Positions 19,301 to 30,593 of a stretch of DNA of 64,000 bases are shown here, in pieces. Both the position numbers and the translations under genes were made by a program. The stretch spans positions 96,001-160,000 of the forward strand of contig CBDATR010000024.1 in the NCBI GenBank assembly GCA_965200155.1. The letters run 5' to 3'. Position 1 is the first letter of the stretch, and each line of letters begins with the position of its first letter. The notes beneath the pieces are model-generated. The model was given only the letters and a program-made list of their open reading frames with translations. It searched no databases and was not told where the DNA came from. Source of the stretch: Nitrosopumilaceae archaeon (lineage in GTDB: Archaea > Thermoproteota > Nitrososphaeria > Nitrososphaerales > Nitrosopumilaceae).

Positions 19301-22111
19301 TCACGTTATGAACAGGGCGGGCTTGAATGGACGGGCTGTGTGTGCCTTGTTGCCAGGGTCGTCCGGAGACTCTACATTATCATACACTACTACCTCGGCG
19401 CCCTGGAATGTCGTGTTAACAACATCCTGTAGGTGATTCTCCAGCAGATTCCGCTCATCAAAGGATACATCATTCAGCCGGTAACGCCGCATATCCACAG
19501 GCTCAGAGAGTATATCCTTGAGGCACCGCGTGATCTCCTTTGGTCTTCGGCGCAGGTCCGCCGTTTTGGGATTATCCCCCAGGGCAGCCATGACATCCCG
19601 CATACGCGTGTGCCCCGCGTCCACGCACCGCAGAACTTCGAGGTATATGTGATGCCAGTCTGCCACGTATACCATTATGCGGCGTGGAGTGATCTTGGAT
19701 ATACTCACGATATGGGATATATCGGCCAATATGCTCCGCAGAAGGTGTTCAGCCTGTAGAACTGAGTCATCGGTACCGGTACCGGTAGGCCAGGAAGCCT
19801 CCGCGACCAGTCCGGAGTTACCAAGAGCGAGCCACATCTCTTCGGCGGCATGTGGAGCAAAGGGTGAGAGGAGTGCCGCGCGCGTACTGCATATCATGTG
19901 TTTTATGCCCGGTGGCGGAGCAGCGCCAGCCAATCTTTGCCGGTACCACTGCATGTCAGACTCCAGGCCGTACAATATATCGTGTAGCGCCTCCCGCATG
20001 CGCATACGCTCCATATTGCCCGTGACACGCTCCACCAACGCATGCACACGAGCCAGTAGCCACCGCTCTGGCATTCCCGTGTTCTCCGAGGATCCCCTCT
20101 CAAGACCGGAACACTCACGTATAATTCGCTCCAATCGCTGCCCCATACCTGAGACCGAGTCCAGGTTTATGTCCGCATCCTGTAGCAGTTCTGCAGATAT
20201 GGTTATTCCCAAACGTATGGGGTCCGCCCCGTACTTTTCAATGGCCCGCCGAAGGGGTATGATATTTCCCATGCTCTTGGACATCTTCTTGCCACCCATG
20301 AGAACTGAGCCGTTCACCACTATCTGACGGGGCCAGAGATTTCGCGGAAAGATTGCCACATGATTCATTACATAGAACGTCAGGTGGTTGGGAACGAGAT
20401 CCCGCCCCGAGTGACGGGTATCCACAGGATAAAAGTACAGGAACTCCCGGCGTATCTCATCTATGTTGGGTATGTCCGGTCGCGGACCCATACCCAAAAA
20501 GACATAATCAAAGAACTTCTCGTCCATCATGTCTGCCGACAGGGACTTGTCGGTAACGAATTTCATTATAATGTAAAATGCTGAATATATAGTAGAATCA
20601 GAGAGGCTCTCCACTATCCAGTTATCATCCCAGGGAAGCTTGGTACCCATCCCGTGTTGCCTGGCGCATGCTCGTTCCCGAAGCCAGTCCACCACATTCC
20701 CAAACTCCGGACGTATCTCCGGCGGCAGTATATCCATCTCCCCCATGCAGTCCCGGGTATCCTGTTTCCAGTCATCGGAACCGTAATTCAGAAACCACTG
20801 ATTGGAGAGTATCTTTACCACGCATATGGTACCACACCTACAGCGAACATCATCGGCCATCTCCAAGAACTCGCCCCCGTGATTATTCTCCAGTAGCCAG
20901 TCCCGTATGGCGTCCTTGCATTCTGATACGCGCATACCGGAGAACTTGCCGCAGGACTCCAGAAGTGTACCCGTATAGAACTCCTTGTTGTATATATCCG
21001 AGGTGACCTCGTCCAGTTTTGGGTCATGCTGGTTCTTTATGCCATGGGCTTGGCATGCCTCTTGTGCCGGTACCTTGCCGTATCCGGGTACATCAATAAC
21101 GGGTATGGCTCGTATACCCTGCGCCTCTTGCAGTGTATCGGAGATATCCTGCAGGGCCATATAATCAAAGGGGGCATGAGCTGGTACTGACATTACAAGA
21201 CCGGTACCCGTATTGGGATCCGCAAACCCTGCCGGAAGCATGGGCACATCCACGTTTAATGGTGTTTGAATACGCTTGCCAACCATCTGGGCACCCTTCA
21301 GTGTACCCAGCTTCTCTGCTTTGATATCCTGGAATGACAACTTGTAAGTGCACTGGGGTGAGACTATCCATTCTTCATCATCCACCCGCACTATATCATA
21401 TGTGACATCCGGGTTTATCCAGACGTTGGTCACACCAAATATTGTCTCAGGACGCAGGGTGGCAGCTACAATGGTATAGCGACCCCACCTAAACTTTACC
21501 AGTACATATTCGGTGAACTCCGGCTCCACATCACCCAGCGTATCATGCTGTGACACAGGATTCTGATCCCTGGGACACCAGCCGACGGGGTGAGATCCCT
21601 GTATTATTAGGCCCCTCTCCCGCAGGAAATTTACCTGCCACTCTACAAACCGCCTGTAAGGCTCATCTATGGTTGTGAATTCCCGGCGCCAGTCTATGGA
21701 ATAGCCCATCTCCATCATGCCCGTCTTTATCTCCGTCCGAAAGTAGTTGGCAATATTCAGTGGCTTCACAAAGCTCTCTATGACATGAGGCGGAACGCCA
21801 AACATGTCCCGCAGACCGGATAACAATTCCTCATCCCTCGCTTGTACACGTCGGGCCATACCCAGAATGGGAGTACCCGTATAATGGAAGCCCATGGGAA
21901 ATAGTACGTTATACCCGCGCATGCGCCAGAAACGCGCGTTTATGTCAGCCAGTGTATATGTGCGGCCGTGCCCCATGTGCTGGGGCGAGTTTGGATAGGG
22001 GTACGCTACCGTTATGGTCTTTTTGGGGCGGTCATCGGGTTTGGGCCGGAATAGGCCCCTCTCATCCCACCGGTGTTGCCACTTTTTTTCCACATCTTGC
22101 CAGTATGTCAT
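19301..22111 (-). CDS. leuS: Leucyl-tRNA synthetase (archaeal type)
   Basis: YPYPNSPQHMGH, TLRPET, KMSKS; ATG 22111 overlaps alaS stop. Confidence 0.96.
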   Translation of the reverse strand: MTYWQDVEKKWQHRWDERGLFRPKPDDRPKKTITVAYPYPNSPQHMGHGRTYTLADINARFWRMRGYNVLFPMGFHYTGTPILGMARRVQARDEELLSGLRDMFGVPPHVIESFVKPLNIANYFRTEIKTGMMEMGYSIDWRREFTTIDEPYRRFVEWQVNFLRERGLIIQGSHPVGWCPRDQNPVSQHDTLGDVEPEFTEYVLVKFRWGRYTIVAATLRPETIFGVTNVWINPDVTYDIVRVDDEEWIVSPQCTYKLSFQDIKAEKLGTLKGAQMVGKRIQTPLNVDVPMLPAGFADPNTGTGLVMSVPAHAPFDYMALQDISDTLQEAQGIRAIPVIDVPGYGKVPAQEACQAHGIKNQHDPKLDEVTSDIYNKEFYTGTLLESCGKFSGMRVSECKDAIRDWLLENNHGGEFLEMADDVRCRCGTICVVKILSNQWFLNYGSDDWKQDTRDCMGEMDILPPEIRPEFGNVVDWLRERACARQHGMGTKLPWDDNWIVESLSDSTIYSAFYIIMKFVTDKSLSADMMDEKFFDYVFLGMGPRPDIPNIDEIRREFLYFYPVDTRHSGRDLVPNHLTFYVMNHVAIFPRNLWPRQIVVNGSVLMGGKKMSKSMGNIIPLRRAIEKYGADPIRLGITISAELLQDADINLDSVSGMGQRLERIIRECSGLERGSSENTGMPERWLLARVHALVERVTGNMERMRMREALHDILYGLESDMQWYRQRLAGAAPPPGIKHMICSTRAALLSPFAPHAAEEMWLALGNSGLVAEASWPTGTGTDDSVLQAEHLLRSILADISHIVSISKITPRRIMVYVADWHHIYLEVLRCVDAGHTRMRDVMAALGDNPKTADLRRRPKEITRCLKDILSEPVDMRRYRLNDVSFDERNLLENHLQDVVNTTFQGAEVVVYDNVESPDDPGNKAHTARPFKPALFIT

Positions 22112-24717
22112 GGTATCAGCTCCGACCGCGCCCAAGATACAGCCTGTTCCACATGCGTGTCTTTCCGACCACCCCCCTGAGCAAAGAAGTTATCTCCCAC
22201 CGCGCGGCCACCTAGTATGTCCGATATGACTTGTGCTATATGTATGGCACTGTGAAGGGACTGAGAGCCGCAATATACCATTACTCGTATGGCCGGACCG
22301 CTGTGAAATATGCCGCAATATGTCAGATGAGTGTCGCCTTTTATCAGCCTCTTGCCCATCTTTGTATGGAACTTTTGGTCATACTCGTCATGGTATACCA
22401 CACAGGATCCACCGCCAAATACTGCACCATACTCTGAGCCTTCCCCCCGGGGAACCACATCTAGTAGTCGTTCCATAGCATCAGAGTGCGATTTTCTTGG
22501 TTCTTGCTTTTTTGGCGCGTCTGTCATGACAGGAGTGTTAGCGGCCTGCGGTCCTGAAACGAATTCCAGTCGCACCACCCCGTCCTGTATGCGTTTGGAG
22601 CGTGTTATCCGAATTTGCCCAACTTTACCGGTACTGGATACGTGCGTACCCCCACAGGCCTCTATATCCTCGTTCCCTATGGATACTATACGCACAGCCT
22701 TAACTGGCACTACACCCCCCTGATATATGCTGAAACCGTACATCTTCTCTGCGCTTCCCCTGTCCATATATTGTACGGAGACGGGCAGATCCCGTTTTAT
22801 CATATTATTGGCCTCCCGCTCTATGCGGGATACTGCATCCTTGTCCAGGGCAGAATGGTGGGTAATATCCAGTCGTGCATGATCCTCGTCCTTGTACGCG
22901 GAGTGTTGCCAAACCCAAGAACCCAGTACACGACGGGACGATGCATTGAGTATGTGTGTGGCAGTATGATTTGAGGTTATTCTGTCACGGCGAGTTCTGT
23001 CTATACTACATCTTACCGTATCACCGATCTCCGGCGCCTTGCCGCGTATGTAGTGCACTATAACATTACCGTGCTTCTGCACATCCACCACCGGACACAT
23101 TTCAATTGTACCCGTATCCGGTTCCTGACCCCCACCCCGGGGATAGAAGGATGTCCTGTCAAGGATTACGGTGTCTTCCCCGGATTTCAGTACACTGGAA
23201 GTAAAGGTGGTAGGATCCTCCTCATAGTATAGAGGCACCGTATCAGGCATGTTATCCAGATTGGGTGTATCTATATGCTTTGGGCGCTGCTTTTGGTGTA
23301 ATTCGGCCAACCGCGGATAAAATTCAGCCGGTACCTGCTCCATTGCCCCCATTTCCACCAGGTAATCGGGCGTTATCCCATCGGACTCGTACAGTGTTAT
23401 TAATTGGGAGACTGTAGGGGGCGTTCTCTGGTTCCGTATTCTGTCAGATATACCCGACATCCTGGTCTTGGATGCAGCATATCTTGCCAGCTCTATATCC
23501 AGGATATCATGTACGTCCTGCCGTCGCGCATCCAGCTCTTTGTATGTACCGGACAGGTAGTCTATATGGGAATCCACAATGTTATGAATGTTCATCGGCC
23601 CCAGGGAGCCCGCCACCCGGCGTAGCATCATGCGTAGGTTGTAGCCACCGCCCACATTGCTGGGAAGCGATCCATCACATATGGCAAATATCAGGGTACG
23701 TATGTGATCCGCCACCATGTATACGGACTCCAATGGCAGTATCATGCTCTTCAGTGTCTGCTCAGAGAGACCCGCTACCTCAATTGCGTGTTTGCGTAGC
23801 TGGTTTATATCGCGTATGGTATCCAGGCTCTTTGCCACGGCAGTATAATATGACTTGAGAGCATCAGGTTTGGGGTCCACCCCGCATGATGTAATCATCT
23901 CTTGCAGTACCGGTCCAAAGCAGCAGTCATACGCGGTGGGAGTGCCCATGGTAATCCATGCAAAACGCTCCAGTCCCGCGCCCATATCAATAACTCGCCT
24001 GTCCAGTGGACTGTAATTGTCCAGGGTTCCCTGAAACTCGGTAAAGACTGCATTTCCCAGCTCCAGACCGCATACAAAGTACTCCAGCGAGGGTCCAAAG
24101 GAACCCCCTCCGGCCCAGACATCCTCCACGAATGTGATCTCCTTGGGAAATATGCCAAATATACGAGTCAGCAAGTCATAGTCCAGCTGTATGCACTGAT
24201 CCTTCCAGTAACCCCCCGTATCGGGAATGCTGTGCTGGCCCACCATGCAGAAACTGGAAAAGTGTCTGCCACTAACCCCCACATTATCAATATCCTTGAA
24301 TCTGAGACATGGCTGGGGCACCACAAGGGGGTTAGCTGGAAATTCAAAGGTGATCTTGGAACCGGCCACCCTCTGAAAGTCCACTATGGAGGCTATTGTG
24401 TAATAGAGATCATCGCGCCATCTGCACACCACCGGATAGCGCGGTGTGGAGACGTGATTCATGGACACAAAGAAGGACTCCATCTGTCGCCAGGATTCGG
24501 CATAATCAAATCTTTTGTCAGTTGGAGGGTTGCCTATGAACGAGTAAGTGTCAGGACCGTCATCCGGGCACATATCCCGTTCCGGATCAAGCGTCCAGAA
24601 GAAGCGGCCGCACCTAGAGCAGGCACGGCGCTCAAAACCCAGATCCGAGAAGAGATGTACAGCGTAATGCCTATCAGGCTCCTTGGAGAAGTGTGCCAGT
24701 ATCTCGGATTTGTTCAT
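22108..24717 (-). CDS. alaS: Alanyl-tRNA synthetase
   Basis: PVVCRWRDD, DMGAGLER, NHTATH, CGGTH. Confidence 0.96.
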   Translation of the reverse strand: MNKSEILAHFSKEPDRHYAVHLFSDLGFERRACSRCGRFFWTLDPERDMCPDDGPDTYSFIGNPPTDKRFDYAESWRQMESFFVSMNHVSTPRYPVVCRWRDDLYYTIASIVDFQRVAGSKITFEFPANPLVVPQPCLRFKDIDNVGVSGRHFSSFCMVGQHSIPDTGGYWKDQCIQLDYDLLTRIFGIFPKEITFVEDVWAGGGSFGPSLEYFVCGLELGNAVFTEFQGTLDNYSPLDRRVIDMGAGLERFAWITMGTPTAYDCCFGPVLQEMITSCGVDPKPDALKSYYTAVAKSLDTIRDINQLRKHAIEVAGLSEQTLKSMILPLESVYMVADHIRTLIFAICDGSLPSNVGGGYNLRMMLRRVAGSLGPMNIHNIVDSHIDYLSGTYKELDARRQDVHDILDIELARYAASKTRMSGISDRIRNQRTPPTVSQLITLYESDGITPDYLVEMGAMEQVPAEFYPRLAELHQKQRPKHIDTPNLDNMPDTVPLYYEEDPTTFTSSVLKSGEDTVILDRTSFYPRGGGQEPDTGTIEMCPVVDVQKHGNVIVHYIRGKAPEIGDTVRCSIDRTRRDRITSNHTATHILNASSRRVLGSWVWQHSAYKDEDHARLDITHHSALDKDAVSRIEREANNMIKRDLPVSVQYMDRGSAEKMYGFSIYQGGVVPVKAVRIVSIGNEDIEACGGTHVSSTGKVGQIRITRSKRIQDGVVRLEFVSGPQAANTPVMTDAPKKQEPRKSHSDAMERLLDVVPRGEGSEYGAVFGGGSCVVYHDEYDQKFHTKMGKRLIKGDTHLTYCGIFHSGPAIRVMVYCGSQSLHSAIHIAQVISDILGGRAVGDNFFAQGGGRKDTHVEQAVSWARSELIP

Positions 24718-24985
24718 GTAACAGTACTGAAACTTAATGGCATTATGAGTATTTAGAGTCGGGCACATTATGGCTAGGCATGGCATTCCGGCTAATCACT
24801 GGATACCAGACTTGTGAAAATCAGGCTGCCGCCAAGTTACAGAATAAAACTCCGAGATGTGTTACCGGGGTTTTTCTGCCAGTAAAATATTGGCAGCGCG
24901 TATGGTCGAATTTATGCACGAATCATGGCTCATGCAAGTTACGGGAAATCATTCCCTCGCTCACTAAAACATGAAAAAGATTTAC

Positions 24986-26518
24986 TTACTGGCTAGTATC
25001 AGTACATGAACCGCCGTCCACGGTATTGTAATCAATTACAATCAGCATACCGTTTATTGGTGGTATGGTGCCATCAATTCTAAGATTCGCATTATTGAAG
25101 GATATTGGGTATGACACATCTCGTAGTACACCGTCATCGCCCAGATCTATTGTAACATCAGGGGAATTGTCCCTATCACCATCAAGAACTGTTAGCCGCA
25201 TCTCTGCAAAGCCGGTCAACGCTGTATTCCATGTTCCCACTGCCTGGACATCGATGTCGGTGATCTCCACAGGATCATCATTGCAGTCTAGGGTATTAGA
25301 GAAGGTACTCAGTATTCCTGTATCAGAGGATATGTTGGCGCTCAACAGTAGTGAGTCCGAGTCGCTGAGCGTGCTGCTGCTACCCAGTCCCGTATTCAAT
25401 ACACAAGTGGTATCTCGACTGCCCAGATACTCCACAACAATACTGTACCTGAAGCCAGAACTGTCACGGGTGGATTCCGATACTGCTCGCCCTGTGTCGT
25501 CCTGCTGGCTGACAAACGTTAGCGGTGTGCCAGCGGGAAGGGACTGCAGGTTAAAGGATGAGCCCCTGTTAAGAGTGGTGTATGAGCCTGAGGAGACCTC
25601 AAACTTGCTGTTGTACAGATCCTGGTTATCTACACGAAGATAGTTCTCCGGTGTTATGCCGGTAGGATTCGGTGGCAATACGGTTTGGCCAACGCCCACC
25701 GTGCGTATTTGATCCAGATTCACAACCTTATCACACGAGAACGTCATCTCAAGTGTATAGGTGTTACCGCTCCTTGTGCCAGCATTATTGTATGTATAAG
25801 CAGTGATATCCTGTCTCAGGGTGTTCTTTGACAGTGTAGTAGGCAGGGAAGGACTAGTTTGCGAGGGCTGCTCAAGTTTGCTCTCCAAGGCGGTCAGCCT
25901 GTCCTCTACACCACTCAACTTTGTGTTTATATCGGAGTTTAGCCTGTTGACAGAATTGGACAGAAAGTCCAAGCTGGATACCACATCATCGTTGTTATTG
26001 TCATCAGAACCCATGGAAGCCTGTATGGATATCAGGGTGCTCTCTATATCCGTCAGCCTGTCCTCTATACTTCCAAGCGAGATATTGTTGGCCGTTATGG
26101 TGGCGGCAAGGTTGTCAAAGTTTGAGATTGCCGATTCTATAGTGCTCACACTGGTGCTTATGCGATTAACATTGCTCGTTAGGCCAGTAACAGAGTTCTG
26201 CAAACCGTCAAGGTTCGCCAATTGCTCGCTCACGGCATTCACTGCACCATTCACATCATCCACACTGCTTCTGGTCTCGATTATCTGTAGCTGAGTCTCG
26301 GTGACCTGATCACTTACCCTATCCACTTGGTGGCCTATGCCATTTATAGTACTGTTCAAGCCGGATATCTGCTGAATCATTTCCAGTACATCAGATATGG
26401 AATCCATCATGCTAACCACATTATCATCAATGTTTGTTAGACGCTCTGTATTGCTTTGAGCATACGCTGGTACCACACTGATTGCTATTCCTAAAAGAAG
26501 TACAATTATAATTTTCAT
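24986..26518 (-). CDS. Secreted coiled-coil/beta-domain surface protein
   Basis: Signal peptide, long heptad region, S/T-rich beta domains with Cys pairs. Confidence 0.7.
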   Translation of the reverse strand: MKIIIVLLLGIAISVVPAYAQSNTERLTNIDDNVVSMMDSISDVLEMIQQISGLNSTINGIGHQVDRVSDQVTETQLQIIETRSSVDDVNGAVNAVSEQLANLDGLQNSVTGLTSNVNRISTSVSTIESAISNFDNLAATITANNISLGSIEDRLTDIESTLISIQASMGSDDNNNDDVVSSLDFLSNSVNRLNSDINTKLSGVEDRLTALESKLEQPSQTSPSLPTTLSKNTLRQDITAYTYNNAGTRSGNTYTLEMTFSCDKVVNLDQIRTVGVGQTVLPPNPTGITPENYLRVDNQDLYNSKFEVSSGSYTTLNRGSSFNLQSLPAGTPLTFVSQQDDTGRAVSESTRDSSGFRYSIVVEYLGSRDTTCVLNTGLGSSSTLSDSDSLLLSANISSDTGILSTFSNTLDCNDDPVEITDIDVQAVGTWNTALTGFAEMRLTVLDGDRDNSPDVTIDLGDDGVLRDVSYPISFNNANLRIDGTIPPINGMLIVIDYNTVDGGSCTDTSQ

Positions 26519-26636
26519 TTGTCACTAATTTACAATTTGGTATATAGCCACGGTGTCAAAAAAAAGTATACATATTGTCAAATATTTTTACACCGCTACA
26601 AAGGCCGGAACGTCAAGTTGCCAGACACTCATCCAA

Positions 26637-27944
26637 TCATAATCCAGATCGCATGTGATCCACTATCTTGCCGGGGTTAAGCAGATTGTAGGGATCAAGG
26701 AGATTCTTTAGCTCCACAAATAGCGAGTAGTTCTTTTCGCCATACTGGTATTGTATTAGAGGAGTCCTAGCTATCCCGTCCCCGTGCTCTGCAGTTATTG
26801 TTCCGTTCATGCTCACCACGCTCATCAAGTATTGGGTAGCTGCCTCGCCGTGGGCATCCGCGCCTACCCTGAGGTGGATGTTGCCATTCCCCGCGTGTCC
26901 GTAATAGTACACTTTTGCGCCAAGTTGCGAGCCCATGTGCGCCATAGACTCAAAGAGTTTGGGCAGTTTATCCAGGGGTACGGCGGCATCCTCCACCATG
27001 CTGGGCCGGTTTCCCACCGAACGCATAGACAGCGACAGCGAGGAGTTGCGTTTGTCCCACCATGCCTGGGCCCGGTCCCCGGTAGCTATATCCACCACAT
27101 GATTGCGTATGTGCGCCCCTATTGCACTATCCCACCGATTATACTCGAATTCGGCAAACAGAAAGCACTGACACCCATCCAGTATGCCGGGGCCCACCAC
27201 TTCCAATGAGGCGGGATCGCATTCTATTATAGCGTCGCAATCCCGTATCGCATCCTTTTCATCAGCATATCGCAGAACTACCAGAACTCGATATGGCGGT
27301 ATAGGCAGCGTGCGTAGCCGGGCGGAGACTATTATTCCCAAGGTACCCTCAGAAGCCGCCAGTACCCGGTGGGTTTCCCGCTCACTTCCCACAGCATCCA
27401 GCCGGTAACCGCAGGAGTTTTTGGATGTGCATGGGTATGATGAAAGAGAGACCCGGTTGCAGATATCATATATCTGCCGGGAGTACTTTTGGTTATTGGG
27501 GAGTGTGACTATATTCCCCCGCCCGTCCACAAAGGTGACTTCCAGCAAGTTGTCCAGAGTACTGCCATACTTCAGGGAACGACTCCCACTGGCATTATTA
27601 CCTATCATGCCACCTATCCGGCAGTAGGGTCCCACCGACGGATTTGGGCCAAGGAAATGCCCACTCCTGGACAGAGTCTGGTTTAGTGCGCCTAGGGAGA
27701 CTCCGGCCTGTACGGATACAGAATCGCGGTACGCGCGTATCTTGTTCATATGACACATGTCCAGTATGATGCCAGAGTTTAGGGCACCGCCCACAAGTCC
27801 CGTTCCTGCCCCCCTAGGGGTAATCGAGAGACCGCGCTCCCGGGCCATGTGTACTATATCTGCAACATCACCGATGCTACGAGGAAAGGTAACTCCCGCG
27901 GGGCGTATACTGTAGGTACTAGAATCGACTGAGTAGTATTGCAA
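26637..27944 (-). CDS. FAD-linked oxidase (GlcD/D-lactate dehydrogenase-like)
   Basis: PRGAGTGL.G, SEGTLGI, GHAGNGNIH, EHGDG, LNPGK. Confidence 0.9.
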   Translation of the reverse strand: MQYYSVDSSTYSIRPAGVTFPRSIGDVADIVHMARERGLSITPRGAGTGLVGGALNSGIILDMCHMNKIRAYRDSVSVQAGVSLGALNQTLSRSGHFLGPNPSVGPYCRIGGMIGNNASGSRSLKYGSTLDNLLEVTFVDGRGNIVTLPNNQKYSRQIYDICNRVSLSSYPCTSKNSCGYRLDAVGSERETHRVLAASEGTLGIIVSARLRTLPIPPYRVLVVLRYADEKDAIRDCDAIIECDPASLEVVGPGILDGCQCFLFAEFEYNRWDSAIGAHIRNHVVDIATGDRAQAWWDKRNSSLSLSMRSVGNRPSMVEDAAVPLDKLPKLFESMAHMGSQLGAKVYYYGHAGNGNIHLRVGADAHGEAATQYLMSVVSMNGTITAEHGDGIARTPLIQYQYGEKNYSLFVELKNLLDPYNLLNPGKIVDHMRSGL

Positions 27945-27966
27945 TAGGTGATCAGACTGGCATATG

Positions 27967-29268
27967 CTAGAGCCGGATTCGATAATAATCCCACCTCTCA
28001 GGATCGCACTTTTCTATAAACTCGGCCTTCTCCTTCTCTATACGAGACTGAATTACATCCCGCAAGGCAAAGCTTGTAAGGAATTGATACCGCTTTGAGT
28101 ACGACTGCATGATAAAGAGGTGTCGCATCTTGCGGCCACCCCGCAGTCCCCAGTACCCCATTCTAAGTGCAAGAGGCTCAAGGAATACCGTATTGTGGAG
28201 GCCGTAGTTTTTGTCCCGCACCTGTGATGCAAAACGGTAATCCTCCAAGGGCCCCCCTTTGGCAAACCCTATGATGTCTCCTGTGTAGGTGTTCAGTCTC
28301 AGTGTATTTAGGATCGTAGAGGGATCCTTTATTGACTCCCGGAAGCTGTCTTGTCCAAACTGTAGCGGTAATGGAAGTTCCTTGAATATTTCCATGAGGG
28401 AGTCAATGAAACCGGGATCGTTGCGCGTAGCCATGGTATCTATTGTGGGCACAAAGCGCAGGTTGTCATAGGTATGCTTGGCCTGCACAGTGATCTCCTG
28501 TGTCCGCAGTTTCATAAACGAGAGTACCGTGTCAAAAAAATTCTTTCTCATTTCACGTGGGAGTGATTTCATTACATCCCGGCATATGGCGGACTCGTTG
28601 TTCAGTAAATACTCAAAGTATGCCACTGATCGCTGCACTATAAGCGAGGGCGCCCATGCCAGTGCATGTGCATTCATCTTGGCCATATCCATGGAGTGTG
28701 AAAAGTCTCCCAGGGCATATCCCCCTATGCGATCTGCAACCGACAGATACCACCCCCACCTCATGTAATGCTCCTGTTTAGCCTTGTCATTTCCCACAAA
28801 ATTTGATTGCTTCAAGTACGAGATAGCTTGCTGTACAAGATTGGGATCATCTTTCCAAGGGTAGGTCGTCCGCAGTATCAGGGCCTTGACTATATCCAAA
28901 TCCAGGTCCGCAGCATCTATCATGGACCGTATGTTGGAGTCGTTGTTGATGAATTTCACGACTTGTTTCTCGTGGGGTTTGTCGTTGGTTTTGGTGGGAT
29001 CAAAGTCGTGTAATAGTGCAGCGGCATACATATGTCGCATGTCGTACTCGGATATCTTGTCCTGCTTCTTCTTGGCAGACAAGGACACCAGAATCACATA
29101 TGTGACTGCCAGTTCGTGATCTATGTTATGATACCCATAGTAGTCTCTTCCCAGCCCTCGGCTCTCAAACAACTCTATGATATAGTCCAGAAGCTGTAGC
29201 AGAGGAGCGTCAGATATACCCGCATCCAAAAGCGCCCTGGCAACAAGGCCCCGCGTTACCCTTTGCAT
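27967..29268 (-). CDS. HD-domain protein
   Basis: YHNIDH, AALLHDFD, VADR. Confidence 0.8.
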   Translation of the reverse strand: MQRVTRGLVARALLDAGISDAPLLQLLDYIIELFESRGLGRDYYGYHNIDHELAVTYVILVSLSAKKKQDKISEYDMRHMYAAALLHDFDPTKTNDKPHEKQVVKFINNDSNIRSMIDAADLDLDIVKALILRTTYPWKDDPNLVQQAISYLKQSNFVGNDKAKQEHYMRWGWYLSVADRIGGYALGDFSHSMDMAKMNAHALAWAPSLIVQRSVAYFEYLLNNESAICRDVMKSLPREMRKNFFDTVLSFMKLRTQEITVQAKHTYDNLRFVPTIDTMATRNDPGFIDSLMEIFKELPLPLQFGQDSFRESIKDPSTILNTLRLNTYTGDIIGFAKGGPLEDYRFASQVRDKNYGLHNTVFLEPLALRMGYWGLRGGRKMRHLFIMQSYSKRYQFLTSFALRDVIQSRIEKEKAEFIEKCDPERWDYYRIRL

Positions 29269-29484
29269 TGACGCGCGGCACCCGTAACATCTTTTAAATT
29301 ATTCCCAGAGCAGTTCGCCAAGGTTATAGCTGGATACGCATAACCCACGACAGGTAGTCCTACAGAATATGGCAGGGGCAACCTTGCAACACCCACATAC
29401 TTATACAGTTTGCACTACCAATCACAGGATATGACAGGCGCCCATGTTAATACAGATTAAAGGGAAAACCACTACCATGATATA

Positions 29485-30072
29485 ATGAACCGCGTACATT
29501 GCAATTCCCAAGGGGTCGCGCAGGCAGCCCAAATTATAAGCGAGGGGGGCACGGCAGTATTTCCCACAGATACCGTGTATGGTATTGGGTGCGATCCATA
29601 CAACAGGGACGCGGTGCGGCGCATATACAGCATCAAGCACAGGAATACATCCAAGGCACTCCCCGTCTTGGCATACTCCACAGACATGATATGGCAGATA
29701 GCAGAAGAGAGCCATACAGCCCATACACTGGCCACAAAATTCTGGCCAGGGGCGCTTACAATGATATTGGACGTAAAGGATAGCCTACTCGAGGAGAGTC
29801 TGAATCTGGATGGCAGAATAGCCCTAAGAGTGCCCGCAGGCAGATGCATACGCGCCCTGCTGCGCAAGTGTGGTATGGTGGTAGGCACCAGCGCCAACCA
29901 GTCCGGGGCCCCGTCACCGGTGAACCCGGATTGCATATCTGTATCATGTGACATAATGCTGGATGGTGGCACTATATCCGGTGGACAGGAATCCACAATA
30001 GTCAGTGTCACAAGAGAGCGCATGACCATAGTGCGGGAAGGGGCAATATCCCGGGAGACACTTGGTGCATGA
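29485..30072 (+). CDS. tsaC: Threonylcarbamoyl-AMP synthase (TsaC/YrdC/Sua5)
   Basis: FPTDTVYG, FWPGALT, TSANQSG, STIV, REGAI. Confidence 0.93.
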   Translation: MNRVHCNSQGVAQAAQIISEGGTAVFPTDTVYGIGCDPYNRDAVRRIYSIKHRNTSKALPVLAYSTDMIWQIAEESHTAHTLATKFWPGALTMILDVKDSLLEESLNLDGRIALRVPAGRCIRALLRKCGMVVGTSANQSGAPSPVNPDCISVSCDIMLDGGTISGGQESTIVSVTRERMTIVREGAISRETLGA

Positions 30073-30593
30073 ATCTTATCATAACGTGTCCCCGGCGCAT
30101 GGAACACGATGCCAGAGAAGAGGCAGCCACACTACTACAAGAGATGGGCGACTCGCAATGTGTTCTGGAACTGACGGAGATATCCGGTATAATATATGGA
30201 ACTACTGAACTGAATCCCCATACCCTATCTAGGGAATTAACAGATATGGTATTGCAGGAGCCCTGGCGTATAAGATACATACGAAGAGTTATACCCATAG
30301 AGAGGACGGCGCTCACATCCATAGCCCACATAAAAGACCTCATACTGCCCCTTATACCCGGAATATCCAAGGAACAGACGTACCGCATAACCGTAGAGAA
30401 GCGTAACTCCGGCATATCCAGCGCGGACATAATAAACACAGTAGCCGGAATCATACCCAACAGGGTATGCCTGGAGAACCCGGACGTAATAGTTCAGATA
30501 GAGATAATGGGTGGAATTACAGGAGTATCCCTGATAAGACCGGGAGATATATTCAGTCTGGACATTGTGAAACGTAGTATATCAGAGGATTGA
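30069..30593 (+). CDS. THUMP-domain RNA-binding protein
   Basis: RRVIPI, YRITVEKR, VCLENPD.IVQIEI. Confidence 0.88.
   Translation: MNLIITCPRRMEHDAREEAATLLQEMGDSQCVLELTEISGIIYGTTELNPHTLSRELTDMVLQEPWRIRYIRRVIPIERTALTSIAHIKDLILPLIPGISKEQTYRITVEKRNSGISSADIINTVAGIIPNRVCLENPDVIVQIEIMGGITGVSLIRPGDIFSLDIVKRSISED

Noticed and set aside
23902-24756. Long antisense ORFs (284 aa here; also 19677-20327 and 30646-31314)
   Set aside because: They are antisense shadows of alaS, leuS and Ubl-Cgi121 with no recognisable motifs
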